Source: Candidatus Omnitrophota bacterium (GTDB taxonomy: Bacteria > Omnitrophota > Gorgyraeia > Gygaellales > JAQTUX01). From it: a DNA stretch of 64,000 nt. Made by a program: the position numbers and the translations under genes. Positions 44,898-52,337 of this stretch are shown piece by piece. Positions within the stretch are counted from its first letter, which is position 1. Every line of letters starts with the position of its first letter. The stretch covers positions 272,355 through 336,354 of the forward strand of contig JAQTUX010000002.1 of NCBI GenBank assembly GCA_028707125.1, in the 5' to 3' direction. The notes below the pieces were generated by a model. That model was not told where the DNA came from. It was given only the letters and a program-made list of their open reading frames with translations, and did not search any database.

Positions 44898-46029
44898 CAA
44901 AAAGATAATGATAGTTGCCGGCGAGGCATCCGGCGATATGCATGCCGCGCACCTGATAAAGGCGCTCAGGGAACTTGAGCCGTCGGCGCAATTCTCCGGC
45001 CTGGGCGGAGAACGCATGGAACAGGCGGGGGCGCGCGTCTATTACGACCTCACCAGGATCGCGGTGGTAGGATTCCAGGAAGTATTAAGAAACCTGGGGA
45101 AATTCCGAGGCGCGTTCAAGCTGTTCCTCAAAGAAGCCCGGGCGATCCGGCCTGACTGCGTTGTGCTGGTTGACTATCCGGGGTTTAACCTCGCGCTGGC
45201 GAAACAACTCAAGCGGTTAAAGATAAGGACCGTCTATTACATTTCCCCGCAGGTCTGGGCCTGGCACAGGGGACGGGTAAAGGCGATACGCAAATTCGTA
45301 GATAAAATGCTGGTGGTATTCCGGTTTGAAAAGGAATTCTACGAAGAAGAAGGCATTGAGGCGGAATACGTGGGCCACCCCCTGCTTGACATAGTCAGGC
45401 CGTCCATGAATAAAGAAGAGGCGTTCACCCGTCTCTGCCTTTCCTTTAAAAGAATAACCGTGGCGCTCCTGCCCGGCTCAAGGCAGCAGGAGGTAAAGAA
45501 ACTGCTGCCTGTCATGCTGGAGGCGGCAAAGTTAATAAATAAAACAATACCTCCCACGCAGTTCGTGATACTAAGATCCGAGGCGGTAGCAAAAGAAATA
45601 TTTGAGGGGGCTATCTCCAGATCCGGCTTACGGGTAAGCCTGCTTGAGGGCAATACATACGACGGAATAAATATAGCCGATTTCTGTATCGTTGCCTCGG
45701 GAACGGCGACCCTGGAAGTAGCTATAATGGAAAGGCCGATGGTAGTGGTTTACAAGACCTCCCTGCTTACCTCATTTATCGCCAGGTGCCTGGTCAGGAT
45801 ACCGGATATCGCGCTGGTAAACGTGGTCGCCGGAGGGCGCATCGTGCCCGAACTGATACAGTCAGACGCGACAGCGCAAAAGATCGCCAAAGAATCGGTG
45901 GGCATCCTTTCCGACCCGGAAAGGATCATATCTATCAGGCGCCAGCTGCAGGAAATAAAAGAAATGCTCAAACCCTACGGCGCGGCGCAAAGAGCGGCAA
46001 AGATTATCGTTGATTTCATACACCCCTGA
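44890..46029 (+). CDS. lpxB: lipid-A-disaccharide synthase
   Basis: 379 aa. GT19-family pattern (MIVAGEASGD…, …VDYPGFNL…, …YISPQVWAW…). Confidence 0.85.
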   Translation: MADKKIMIVAGEASGDMHAAHLIKALRELEPSAQFSGLGGERMEQAGARVYYDLTRIAVVGFQEVLRNLGKFRGAFKLFLKEARAIRPDCVVLVDYPGFNLALAKQLKRLKIRTVYYISPQVWAWHRGRVKAIRKFVDKMLVVFRFEKEFYEEEGIEAEYVGHPLLDIVRPSMNKEEAFTRLCLSFKRITVALLPGSRQQEVKKLLPVMLEAAKLINKTIPPTQFVILRSEAVAKEIFEGAISRSGLRVSLLEGNTYDGINIADFCIVASGTATLEVAIMERPMVVVYKTSLLTSFIARCLVRIPDIALVNVVAGGRIVPELIQSDATAQKIAKESVGILSDPERIISIRRQLQEIKEMLKPYGAAQRAAKIIVDFIHP

Positions 46030-47170
46030 GAAATTCCCCTATCCTGCGCAGCGCCTCTTTCAGGTCCTGAAAACTTGAGGCGTATGACATGCGTATATAA
46101 CCGTCAAATTCCCGTCCAAAGGCAGTGCCCGGCACAACGGCGACCTTTTTTTTCTTTAAAAGCCCCTGCGCGAACTCCAGGGACTTAAGCCCTGTTTTCT
46201 TAAGCGAAACAAACACATAAAACGCCCCCTGCGGCTCCACGTATTCAAGGCCTGATCTACCGAGCTCGGCCAACACAAACTCCCTGCGCCTTTTGTATTC
46301 GCGCTTCATCTCTTCCACCGATTTTCTGCCGGAATGCAGCGCCTCGCAGGCAGCCATCTGTCCGGTTATAGGGACGCACATGATCGTATACTGGTGGATC
46401 TTGGTCATAGCCGCGATAATATCTTTGGGGCCGCAGGCAAAACCCACGCGCCAGCCGGTCATGGCGTATGATTTGGAAAATCCGTTAAGGTAGAGGGTAT
46501 TATTCCTCGCTCCGCTCAACGTGGCAAAAGGCGTATGCTCAAAATCATAGGTAAGGTCGGCGTATATCTCATCGCTGATACATAAGACATCGTGCTTAAG
46601 CAGGACTTTATTCAACCGGCCCAGTTCCTTTCTGGTATAGGATATGCCCGTGGGATTAGCGGGATAATTAAATATGATCGCCTTTGTCTTTCTGTCTATG
46701 CTCTTCTCCAGATTCTCAGGCGTAAGCTTGAAGCCGTCGCCTTCGGTATCTATATATATAGGTATGCCGCCTGCCAGCTCCGCCATAGGGCCGTAAGAAA
46801 CGTAACTCGGCTGCGGCACCAGGATCTTATCCCCGGGGTTGATAATGGCGCGCAGGCACAGGTCCATCGCCTCGCTTACCCCCACCGTAATAAGTATTTC
46901 ATCATCGGCAGAATAAACTACGCCGTAATTGTTCTTCAGGTAACGGCTTATCTCCAGCCGCAGCTTATAAAGCCCCTTGTTGGAGGTATATGAGGTAAAC
47001 CCCTGCTCCAGCGAATAAATGCCCGCCTCGCGTATCTGCCAGGGCGTGACGAAATCCGGCTCGCCTACGCCCAGTGATATAACGTCCTCCATGCCCAGCA
47101 CAAGGTCGAAGAACACCCTTATGCCTGAAGGAGCGAGTTGCGCGACTTTCTTAGATACAATATTTTTCAT
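46016..47170 (-). CDS. pyridoxal-phosphate-dependent aminotransferase, class I (aspartate aminotransferase-like)
   Basis: 384 aa with an …NPTG… loop and the SKS(YAMTG) PLP-lysine region. Its 3' end overlaps the lpxB 3' end convergently by 14 nt. Confidence 0.75.
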   Translation of the reverse strand: MKNIVSKKVAQLAPSGIRVFFDLVLGMEDVISLGVGEPDFVTPWQIREAGIYSLEQGFTSYTSNKGLYKLRLEISRYLKNNYGVVYSADDEILITVGVSEAMDLCLRAIINPGDKILVPQPSYVSYGPMAELAGGIPIYIDTEGDGFKLTPENLEKSIDRKTKAIIFNYPANPTGISYTRKELGRLNKVLLKHDVLCISDEIYADLTYDFEHTPFATLSGARNNTLYLNGFSKSYAMTGWRVGFACGPKDIIAAMTKIHQYTIMCVPITGQMAACEALHSGRKSVEEMKREYKRRREFVLAELGRSGLEYVEPQGAFYVFVSLKKTGLKSLEFAQGLLKKKKVAVVPGTAFGREFDGYIRMSYASSFQDLKEALRRIGEFLRGV

Positions 47171-47659
47171 TTAATATGATATCGCTATCCTCTTATTCTC
47201 CTGCCTTTGCTTCAACACGACCCCGTCTTCCTTGTATTTCTTTAACAGGAAATGCGTGACCGTGCCGCGCACGTTCTCAAGGCAGGAAAGCTTCTCAGCG
47301 ACAAAATTGGACACAGTATTGATATTCCTGCCTTCCACAACCACCAGAAGGTCGTAGGTGCCGGAGATCAGATAACAGCTTGTAACCTCCGGAAAAGAAT
47401 ATATGCGCTCCGCGATCTTATCAAAACCCGCGTCCTTCTGAGGGGTAATATTGACCTCTATCAAAACCCTGACATTGGAATCATCGTCATTGATAAGGTC
47501 TTTATTAATAACCGTCTTGTACTTTAATATTATGCCCGACTTTTCGTATTTCCCGATCTTTGCCTTTACTTCTGCCGGCTTTTTCTTCAGCATCCTGGCT
47601 ATATCCTCGGGCGTGGTGCGCGCGTCCTTCTCCAAAACCTCCAGTATCTCGTCCATCAA
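47171..47659 (-). CDS. Lrp/AsnC-family transcriptional regulator
   Basis: 162 aa; N-terminal HTH (…LEKDARTTPEDIARML…) and C-terminal RAM/ACT-like domain. Confidence 0.75.
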   Translation of the reverse strand: MMDEILEVLEKDARTTPEDIARMLKKKPAEVKAKIGKYEKSGIILKYKTVINKDLINDDDSNVRVLIEVNITPQKDAGFDKIAERIYSFPEVTSCYLISGTYDLLVVVEGRNINTVSNFVAEKLSCLENVRGTVTHFLLKKYKEDGVVLKQRQENKRIAISY

Positions 47660-47666
47660 ACCCTCC

Positions 47667-48401
47667 TCACTTTATATGGAAGATCTCAGGCATGCGCCTC
47701 TTGTGCCCTGATCTCCTGATAGCGCCTTTAACCTTCGCCGCCTTGCCTTTGGAAACGGGCGGCCTCTTTTTATTTTCTAAACATTCTAAGATGCCGTCTA
47801 ACTCCCTGTAGGTTATGCCCATCTCGCCTTCATCTGTCTGCCCCAGCCACAGGCCCGCGCTGGGAGGTTTATAAATGATATGGCGGGGGATGCCCAATTC
47901 CTCCGCCAGCGTCCTTACCTCCGACTTAAGCAGGTCTCCCAGGGGCAGTATATCCACTCCGCCGTCTCCGTATTTGGTAAAATAACCCATCATAATTTCG
48001 GATTTGTTGCCTGTGCCGCACACTAAATAATTGTATTTATTGGCAAAATAATAGAGCGTGATCATGCGCAGCCGCGGCTTCAGGTTATGCGCGGCCATAC
48101 TGCCTCCGGCAGGCAGGATCCTCACCAATCTGTCAAATATCTCCGATAGATCCACGGTCCTGGTCTTTATGCCGATTTTCTTTGCCGCGATCCTGGCGTC
48201 CCTGAAGTCGGCGATATTGCTGTGGCAGGGCATGATCAAACCCAGGGTGTTATTCCTGCCTGCCGCCTCCTTCACCAGGGCAGCCGCTACCGAAGAATCC
48301 ACTCCGCCTGAGAGCCCTATAACCACTCCCCGCGCGCCTGACTGCCTTAGCTGCCCCTTGATCCAACTGATCATCCTGCGCTTAACGCCGCTTTTCTTCA
48401 T
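47667..48401 (-). CDS. nadE: NH3-dependent NAD+ synthetase
   Basis: PP-loop …GLSGGVDSSV…; size fits the short ammonia-dependent form. The start is uncertain (alternative Met at 48374). Confidence 0.8.
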   Translation of the reverse strand: MKKSGVKRRMISWIKGQLRQSGARGVVIGLSGGVDSSVAAALVKEAAGRNNTLGLIMPCHSNIADFRDARIAAKKIGIKTRTVDLSEIFDRLVRILPAGGSMAAHNLKPRLRMITLYYFANKYNYLVCGTGNKSEIMMGYFTKYGDGGVDILPLGDLLKSEVRTLAEELGIPRHIIYKPPSAGLWLGQTDEGEMGITYRELDGILECLENKKRPPVSKGKAAKVKGAIRRSGHKRRMPEIFHIK

Positions 48402-48790
48402 TATTGCGAATCCTTCAAGGCCATCAGCGAGATCTTATGCAGGACCACCTTTTCCAGAAAATCAAGGGTGAACGGCTTGTTTATATAATCATCCGCGCCC
48501 AATTCCTTTGCCCTCCTGATATTCTCTTCATCCTGTAGTCCGGTAAGCATCAGGATGCGGGTCCGCGGGCTTTCCTCTTTGATCTCTTTCAATACATCCA
48601 TCCCCGAAGAGCTCCCCAGCTTGATGTCCAGAAGGACAACCGCGGGAGAAAAGCTGCGGAATATGTCCAACGCCGCGTCCTTATCCTGCGCGGCCAATAC
48701 CTCATAGCCCCTCTTTTCCAGGAAGGACCTGGTTATATCGCAAATGTCCTGCTCGTCATCCACAATGAGAATCTTGGTCTTCTGCCGCAT
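48401..48790 (-). CDS. stand-alone response-regulator receiver domain (CheY-like)
   Basis: Start MRQKTKILIVDD, preceded by AGGAGG. Has the acidic pocket DD, the phospho-acceptor Asp in …VLLDIKL… and a conserved Lys (…YINKPF…). No output domain. Confidence 0.8.
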   Translation of the reverse strand: MRQKTKILIVDDEQDICDITRSFLEKRGYEVLAAQDKDAALDIFRSFSPAVVLLDIKLGSSSGMDVLKEIKEESPRTRILMLTGLQDEENIRRAKELGADDYINKPFTLDFLEKVVLHKISLMALKDSQ

Positions 48791-48821
48791 TATCTTGCCT
48801 CCTGGCTCCACTGTGTGGTCG

Positions 48822-49511
48822 CTATTTTATCTCCGCGCTCAGTATTACTGCCTCGGCGATCTGCCGCATTGATTTCCTGCTGTCCATTGAATGCCGCTGC
48901 ATTACTTTGTATGCCTCTTCCTCCGACAGCCCCTTCTGCTTCATTAATATCCCTTTTGCCCTTTCAATAAGCTTGCGGCTCTCAAGCTCCTCCTGAATGA
49001 CCTTGGTCTTTACCATCAGCTCGGTATTTTCAATGACCAGAGCCGCCTGGTTTGCCACCGTGGTCAATATCTCGATCTCGCTCTCTGTAAATTTATGCGG
49101 CTTTGAAGTATACAGGTTGAGCGCGCCTATGGCCTTATTCTTGACCATCATCGGGACGCACAAAAGCGACACCAGGCCGTCTTTCCCGGCGATATCTTTA
49201 AACTTGTAGTCCTTGTCTTCAAGGACATTATAGACCGTGCGCGGCTTCTTGCTCAGGACAACCTTGCCTGCCACGCCTTCGCCGATCCTGAGCGGCCCCT
49301 TTTTGTTGTATCCTTCCGAAATTGACTGGGACGCCCTTATGGCCAGCACCTTCTGCTTTTCATCTATCAACATAAGCGAACAGACGTTTGAGCCCATCGC
49401 CTGGGCGGTGACAGTGACGATCAGCTTCAAGATATCCTCTAAATAAAGGTCGGAGGTGATCGCCTTGCCTATCTTATAAAGCGCCTCTATTTTATCCTTT
49501 GTCTGAGCCAT
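48822..49511 (-). CDS. GAF-domain plus ANTAR-domain RNA-binding antiterminator
   Basis: 229 aa; N-terminal GAF-like region and a C-terminal ANTAR helix pattern (…EELESRKLIERAKGILMKQKGLSEEEAYKVMQRHSMDSRKSMRQIAEAVI…). Confidence 0.7.
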   Translation of the reverse strand: MAQTKDKIEALYKIGKAITSDLYLEDILKLIVTVTAQAMGSNVCSLMLIDEKQKVLAIRASQSISEGYNKKGPLRIGEGVAGKVVLSKKPRTVYNVLEDKDYKFKDIAGKDGLVSLLCVPMMVKNKAIGALNLYTSKPHKFTESEIEILTTVANQAALVIENTELMVKTKVIQEELESRKLIERAKGILMKQKGLSEEEAYKVMQRHSMDSRKSMRQIAEAVILSAEIK

Positions 49512-49542
49512 AGCAATATTGTAATCGGAAAATCGGGTATAG

Positions 49543-50226
49543 TCAATATCTTCCCTTGCAGGCCTTCACACACACCCCGCAGATATACTGGCCGACCAGG
49601 CCGCTGTTTTGAAACTCCTTCAGTTTTTCAAAACAAGCGGTGTGATCAAAATCTTCCCGTCTTTGCTTTATGGCCCCTCGGGGGCAGGCCTGTATGCAGG
49701 CGCGGCAGTCCCCGCAGCCATCCGCGGCCGGGCTGTCCGACTTAAGCGGCATATCGGTAAGAATGGTAACGATCCTGAACCGGCTGCCCAACTGCCTGTT
49801 TACCAGAAGGTTATTCCTGCCGATCCAGCCCAGGCCCGCGAGGTAACCGATCTTTTTATGAGAAAGATGCGCGCTCTGTTTTACCCAATCCAGGATCTGA
49901 GAAGCGGGTATGGGTAACGCGGAAAAACCCCTGCCGGATATCAAACCTGACAGCCTCAATGCAATCTGGTCAAGCATCATATTGACAGCGCGGTAATGAT
50001 GAAAATAAAGTTTGGTGGGGTGGTCTTCTATTTCATCCAGTATCGGCCCTGACAGCGCGGCCCCCAGGCACACAGCCCTGTCTAATTTCTCTAAGACAGC
50101 GGCGGCGATAGTAAATTCATTCTTTACCCCGGATATATCCGCCACGCCGAACAGCCGCGCCCCAAGCTCCATCGCCTTCTCTTTGAGCAGATTGTAATTA
50201 TTCGTAGTATCCATATCACTCAACAA
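49543..50226 (-). CDS. QueG-like (DUF1730 plus 4Fe-4S dicluster) protein, short form
   Basis: 227 aa; …GLGWIGRNNLLVN…GSRFRIVTILTD… resembles the epoxyqueuosine reductase core, followed by CGDCRACIQACP and CGVCVKAC. It is shorter than canonical QueG (about 380 aa). Confidence 0.45.
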   Translation of the reverse strand: MLSDMDTTNNYNLLKEKAMELGARLFGVADISGVKNEFTIAAAVLEKLDRAVCLGAALSGPILDEIEDHPTKLYFHHYRAVNMMLDQIALRLSGLISGRGFSALPIPASQILDWVKQSAHLSHKKIGYLAGLGWIGRNNLLVNRQLGSRFRIVTILTDMPLKSDSPAADGCGDCRACIQACPRGAIKQRREDFDHTACFEKLKEFQNSGLVGQYICGVCVKACKGRY

Positions 50227-50345
50227 ACGTAGAGCGTAGAGCGCAAAGCGTAAAACTAAAACTTAAAGTTTAAAGTTTTTTGTTCTGTAGTTTTAAGCTT
50301 TACACTTTAGTTTTGCGCTTTTCGTTTTACGCTTTTCGCTATCTT
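50221..50345. repeat. heptad-phased imperfect palindrome (GCGNAAA)n…(TTTNCGC)n, copy B; right arm overlaps the mnmG 3' coding end
   Basis: acgtagagcgtagagcgcaaagcgtaaaactaaaacttaaagtttaaagtttt…acactttagttttgcgcttttcgttttacgcttttcgc. Shares a near-identical core with copy A. The segment 50293-50334 encodes the Lys-rich MnmG tail KRKTKSAKLKCKA. Confidence 0.85.
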
Positions 50346-52209
50346 TCAAACCAATCTTCTTAATCCACACCATCAACACCGCGACCGCCGCGGGCGTGAC
50401 CCCGGGTATACGCAGCGCCTGCCCCAGAGACAGCGGCCTTACCCTGCCCAATTTATCCCTGATCTCGCGTGAAAGGCCGTTGAGCCCGTTATAATCCATG
50501 CCCGCCGGGACCTTTATCTTTTCCAGGTGGCGGAAGCGTTCAACCTCCGCCTTTTGCCTCTCGATGAACCCGGAGTATTTCATTTCCGTTTCAATTAAAA
50601 ATGCCGCCCTTTCATCGAGGCGCAAGCCCCGGCAATCCAGCTCCCGTAATCTGCGCAGGTCTATCTGCGGGCGCTTCAGCAATTCCGCGAGCGTAACCTC
50701 TTTTCTCAAGGCCGGGCTGCCGAATGAGTTAAGCTTTGAGTTAACCTCCCGCGTCGGCTTTATCCTGCTTGACATTAGCGCCTCTGTGCCTTCCTTTACC
50801 GCCTTTATTTTATCCCGGGTCTCTCTGTATTCCTCCCTGCTTACAAGGCCGAGCCCAAACCCCATCTCTCTTAACCTTATATCGGCGTTGTCCTCTCTCA
50901 ACAGGAGCCGGTATTCTACCCGCGAGGTAAACATGCGGTAGGGCTCATCAGTGCCTTTTGTGGTAAGGTCGTCTATTAAAACGCCTATGTAGGCCCGCGA
51001 CCTTTCCAATACAAAAGGGCCTTTGCCCTTTACCGTTAAGGCGGCGTTTATCCCGGCGATCAGGCCCTGGGCAGCCGCCTCTTCGTAACCGGTCGTCCCG
51101 TTTATCTGGCCGGCGAGATAGAGATTTTTTACGCGCTTTGTCTCTAAACTTGGCAGATTTTCCCTGGGGTCCACGACGTCGTGTTCTATGCCGTATCCGA
51201 AATCTATGATCCCGGCATGTTCCAGCCCTTCTATGGAATGGACCATTTCAACCTGCGCCTCTTCAGGTAAACTTGTGGATATGCCGTTAGGGTAGATCCG
51301 GTTATCCTCTCTGCCTTCCGGCTCAAGGAAAACCTGGTGCCTCACCCTGTCGGGGAATTTCACTACTTTATCTTCAATGGACGGGCAATAACGCACACCC
51401 GTTGCCTTTATCAGGCCTGTATAAAGAGGCGAATACTTCAGGTTGTCGCGGATGATCTTGTGCGTGCGTTCGTTTGTATATGTTATATAACAAGGCGCCT
51501 GTTTTAATTTAAGCCCCTTATTGGTAAAAGAGAACGGCCTGGGGTCGGCATCGCCTTCCTGGATCTTGAGACGGGAAAAATCTATCGTCGCCTTATCAAG
51601 CCGGGCGCAGGTGCCTGTTTTAAAACGCATGATCCCAAACCCCAGGGACCTCAATGACTCGGATAATCCCATGGCCGCCTCTTCATCCTGCCTGCCTCCG
51701 GGAAAATTCCTCAAGCCTATATGGATCTTGCCTCCGGAGAATGTTCCGGGCGCGATAACAACCGTTTTTGAGAATATCTCTTCATCTTTAGTCCTGACGC
51801 CGTTTACGCTGCTGCCTTTGACCAGCAGGGATATGACCTCCGCCTGTTTAAGGCAGATGTTGCTTTGTTTTCCCAGGGCCTTTCTCATATATTCTTTATA
51901 CCGAAAGCGGTCTATCTGGGCCCGGCTTGACCAGACAGCAGGCCCCTTTGACGCGTTTAAGATCCTGAACTGCAGTCCGCAGGCATCTGCCGCCTTTGCC
52001 ATCTCCCCGCCCAGGGCGTCTATCTCCTTTACCAGCTGGCCCTTGCCTACACCGCCGATCGCGGGATTGCAGGACATATGGCCGATCTGCTCCAATCTCA
52101 AGGTAACCAGCAGGGTATTACAACCCATCCTTGATGCAGCTAATGCAGATTCAATACCTGCGTGCCCGGCGCCGATGACTATGACATCATACATATTATT
52201 TGTCGTCAA
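50293..52209 (-). CDS. mnmG: tRNA uridine-5-carboxymethylaminomethyl(34) synthesis enzyme MnmG (GidA)
   Basis: …YDVIVIGAGHAG… FAD motif and a conserved MnmG body. The ORF-track start is TTG at 52209; a canonical ATG (MYDVIVIG) lies at 52194. Confidence 0.85.
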   Translation of the reverse strand: MTTNNMYDVIVIGAGHAGIESALAASRMGCNTLLVTLRLEQIGHMSCNPAIGGVGKGQLVKEIDALGGEMAKAADACGLQFRILNASKGPAVWSSRAQIDRFRYKEYMRKALGKQSNICLKQAEVISLLVKGSSVNGVRTKDEEIFSKTVVIAPGTFSGGKIHIGLRNFPGGRQDEEAAMGLSESLRSLGFGIMRFKTGTCARLDKATIDFSRLKIQEGDADPRPFSFTNKGLKLKQAPCYITYTNERTHKIIRDNLKYSPLYTGLIKATGVRYCPSIEDKVVKFPDRVRHQVFLEPEGREDNRIYPNGISTSLPEEAQVEMVHSIEGLEHAGIIDFGYGIEHDVVDPRENLPSLETKRVKNLYLAGQINGTTGYEEAAAQGLIAGINAALTVKGKGPFVLERSRAYIGVLIDDLTTKGTDEPYRMFTSRVEYRLLLREDNADIRLREMGFGLGLVSREEYRETRDKIKAVKEGTEALMSSRIKPTREVNSKLNSFGSPALRKEVTLAELLKRPQIDLRRLRELDCRGLRLDERAAFLIETEMKYSGFIERQKAEVERFRHLEKIKVPAGMDYNGLNGLSREIRDKLGRVRPLSLGQALRIPGVTPAAVAVLMVWIKKIGLKDSEKRKTKSAKLKCKA

Positions 52210-52337
52210 TTACCAATTAGCCAATTCCCAAATCCCAATAAATGACCAATTAGTCAATTCCCAATTGGACCTTGGGTAATTGAGCATTTATTTGGCATTG
52301 GTAATTGGTCATTGGAAATTTATTCGGATTTATTATA
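52206..52337. repeat. heptad-phased imperfect palindrome (CCAATTN)n…(NAATTGG)n
   Basis: caattaccaattagccaattcccaaatcccaataaatgaccaattagtcaattcccaattgg / ccttgggtaattgagcatttatttggcattggtaattggtcattggaaatt. Fills the whole mnmG-apgM intergenic space. Confidence 0.8.

Noticed and set aside
46016-47170. Aminotransferase as GnnB partner of the GnnA-like oxidoreductase
   Set aside because: GnnB is a DegT/DnrJ/EryC1-type (fold type I, sugar aminotransferase) enzyme. This protein has the class I aspartate/aromatic aminotransferase pattern (NPTG, SKS.AMTG), and it is convergent rather than co-transcribed.
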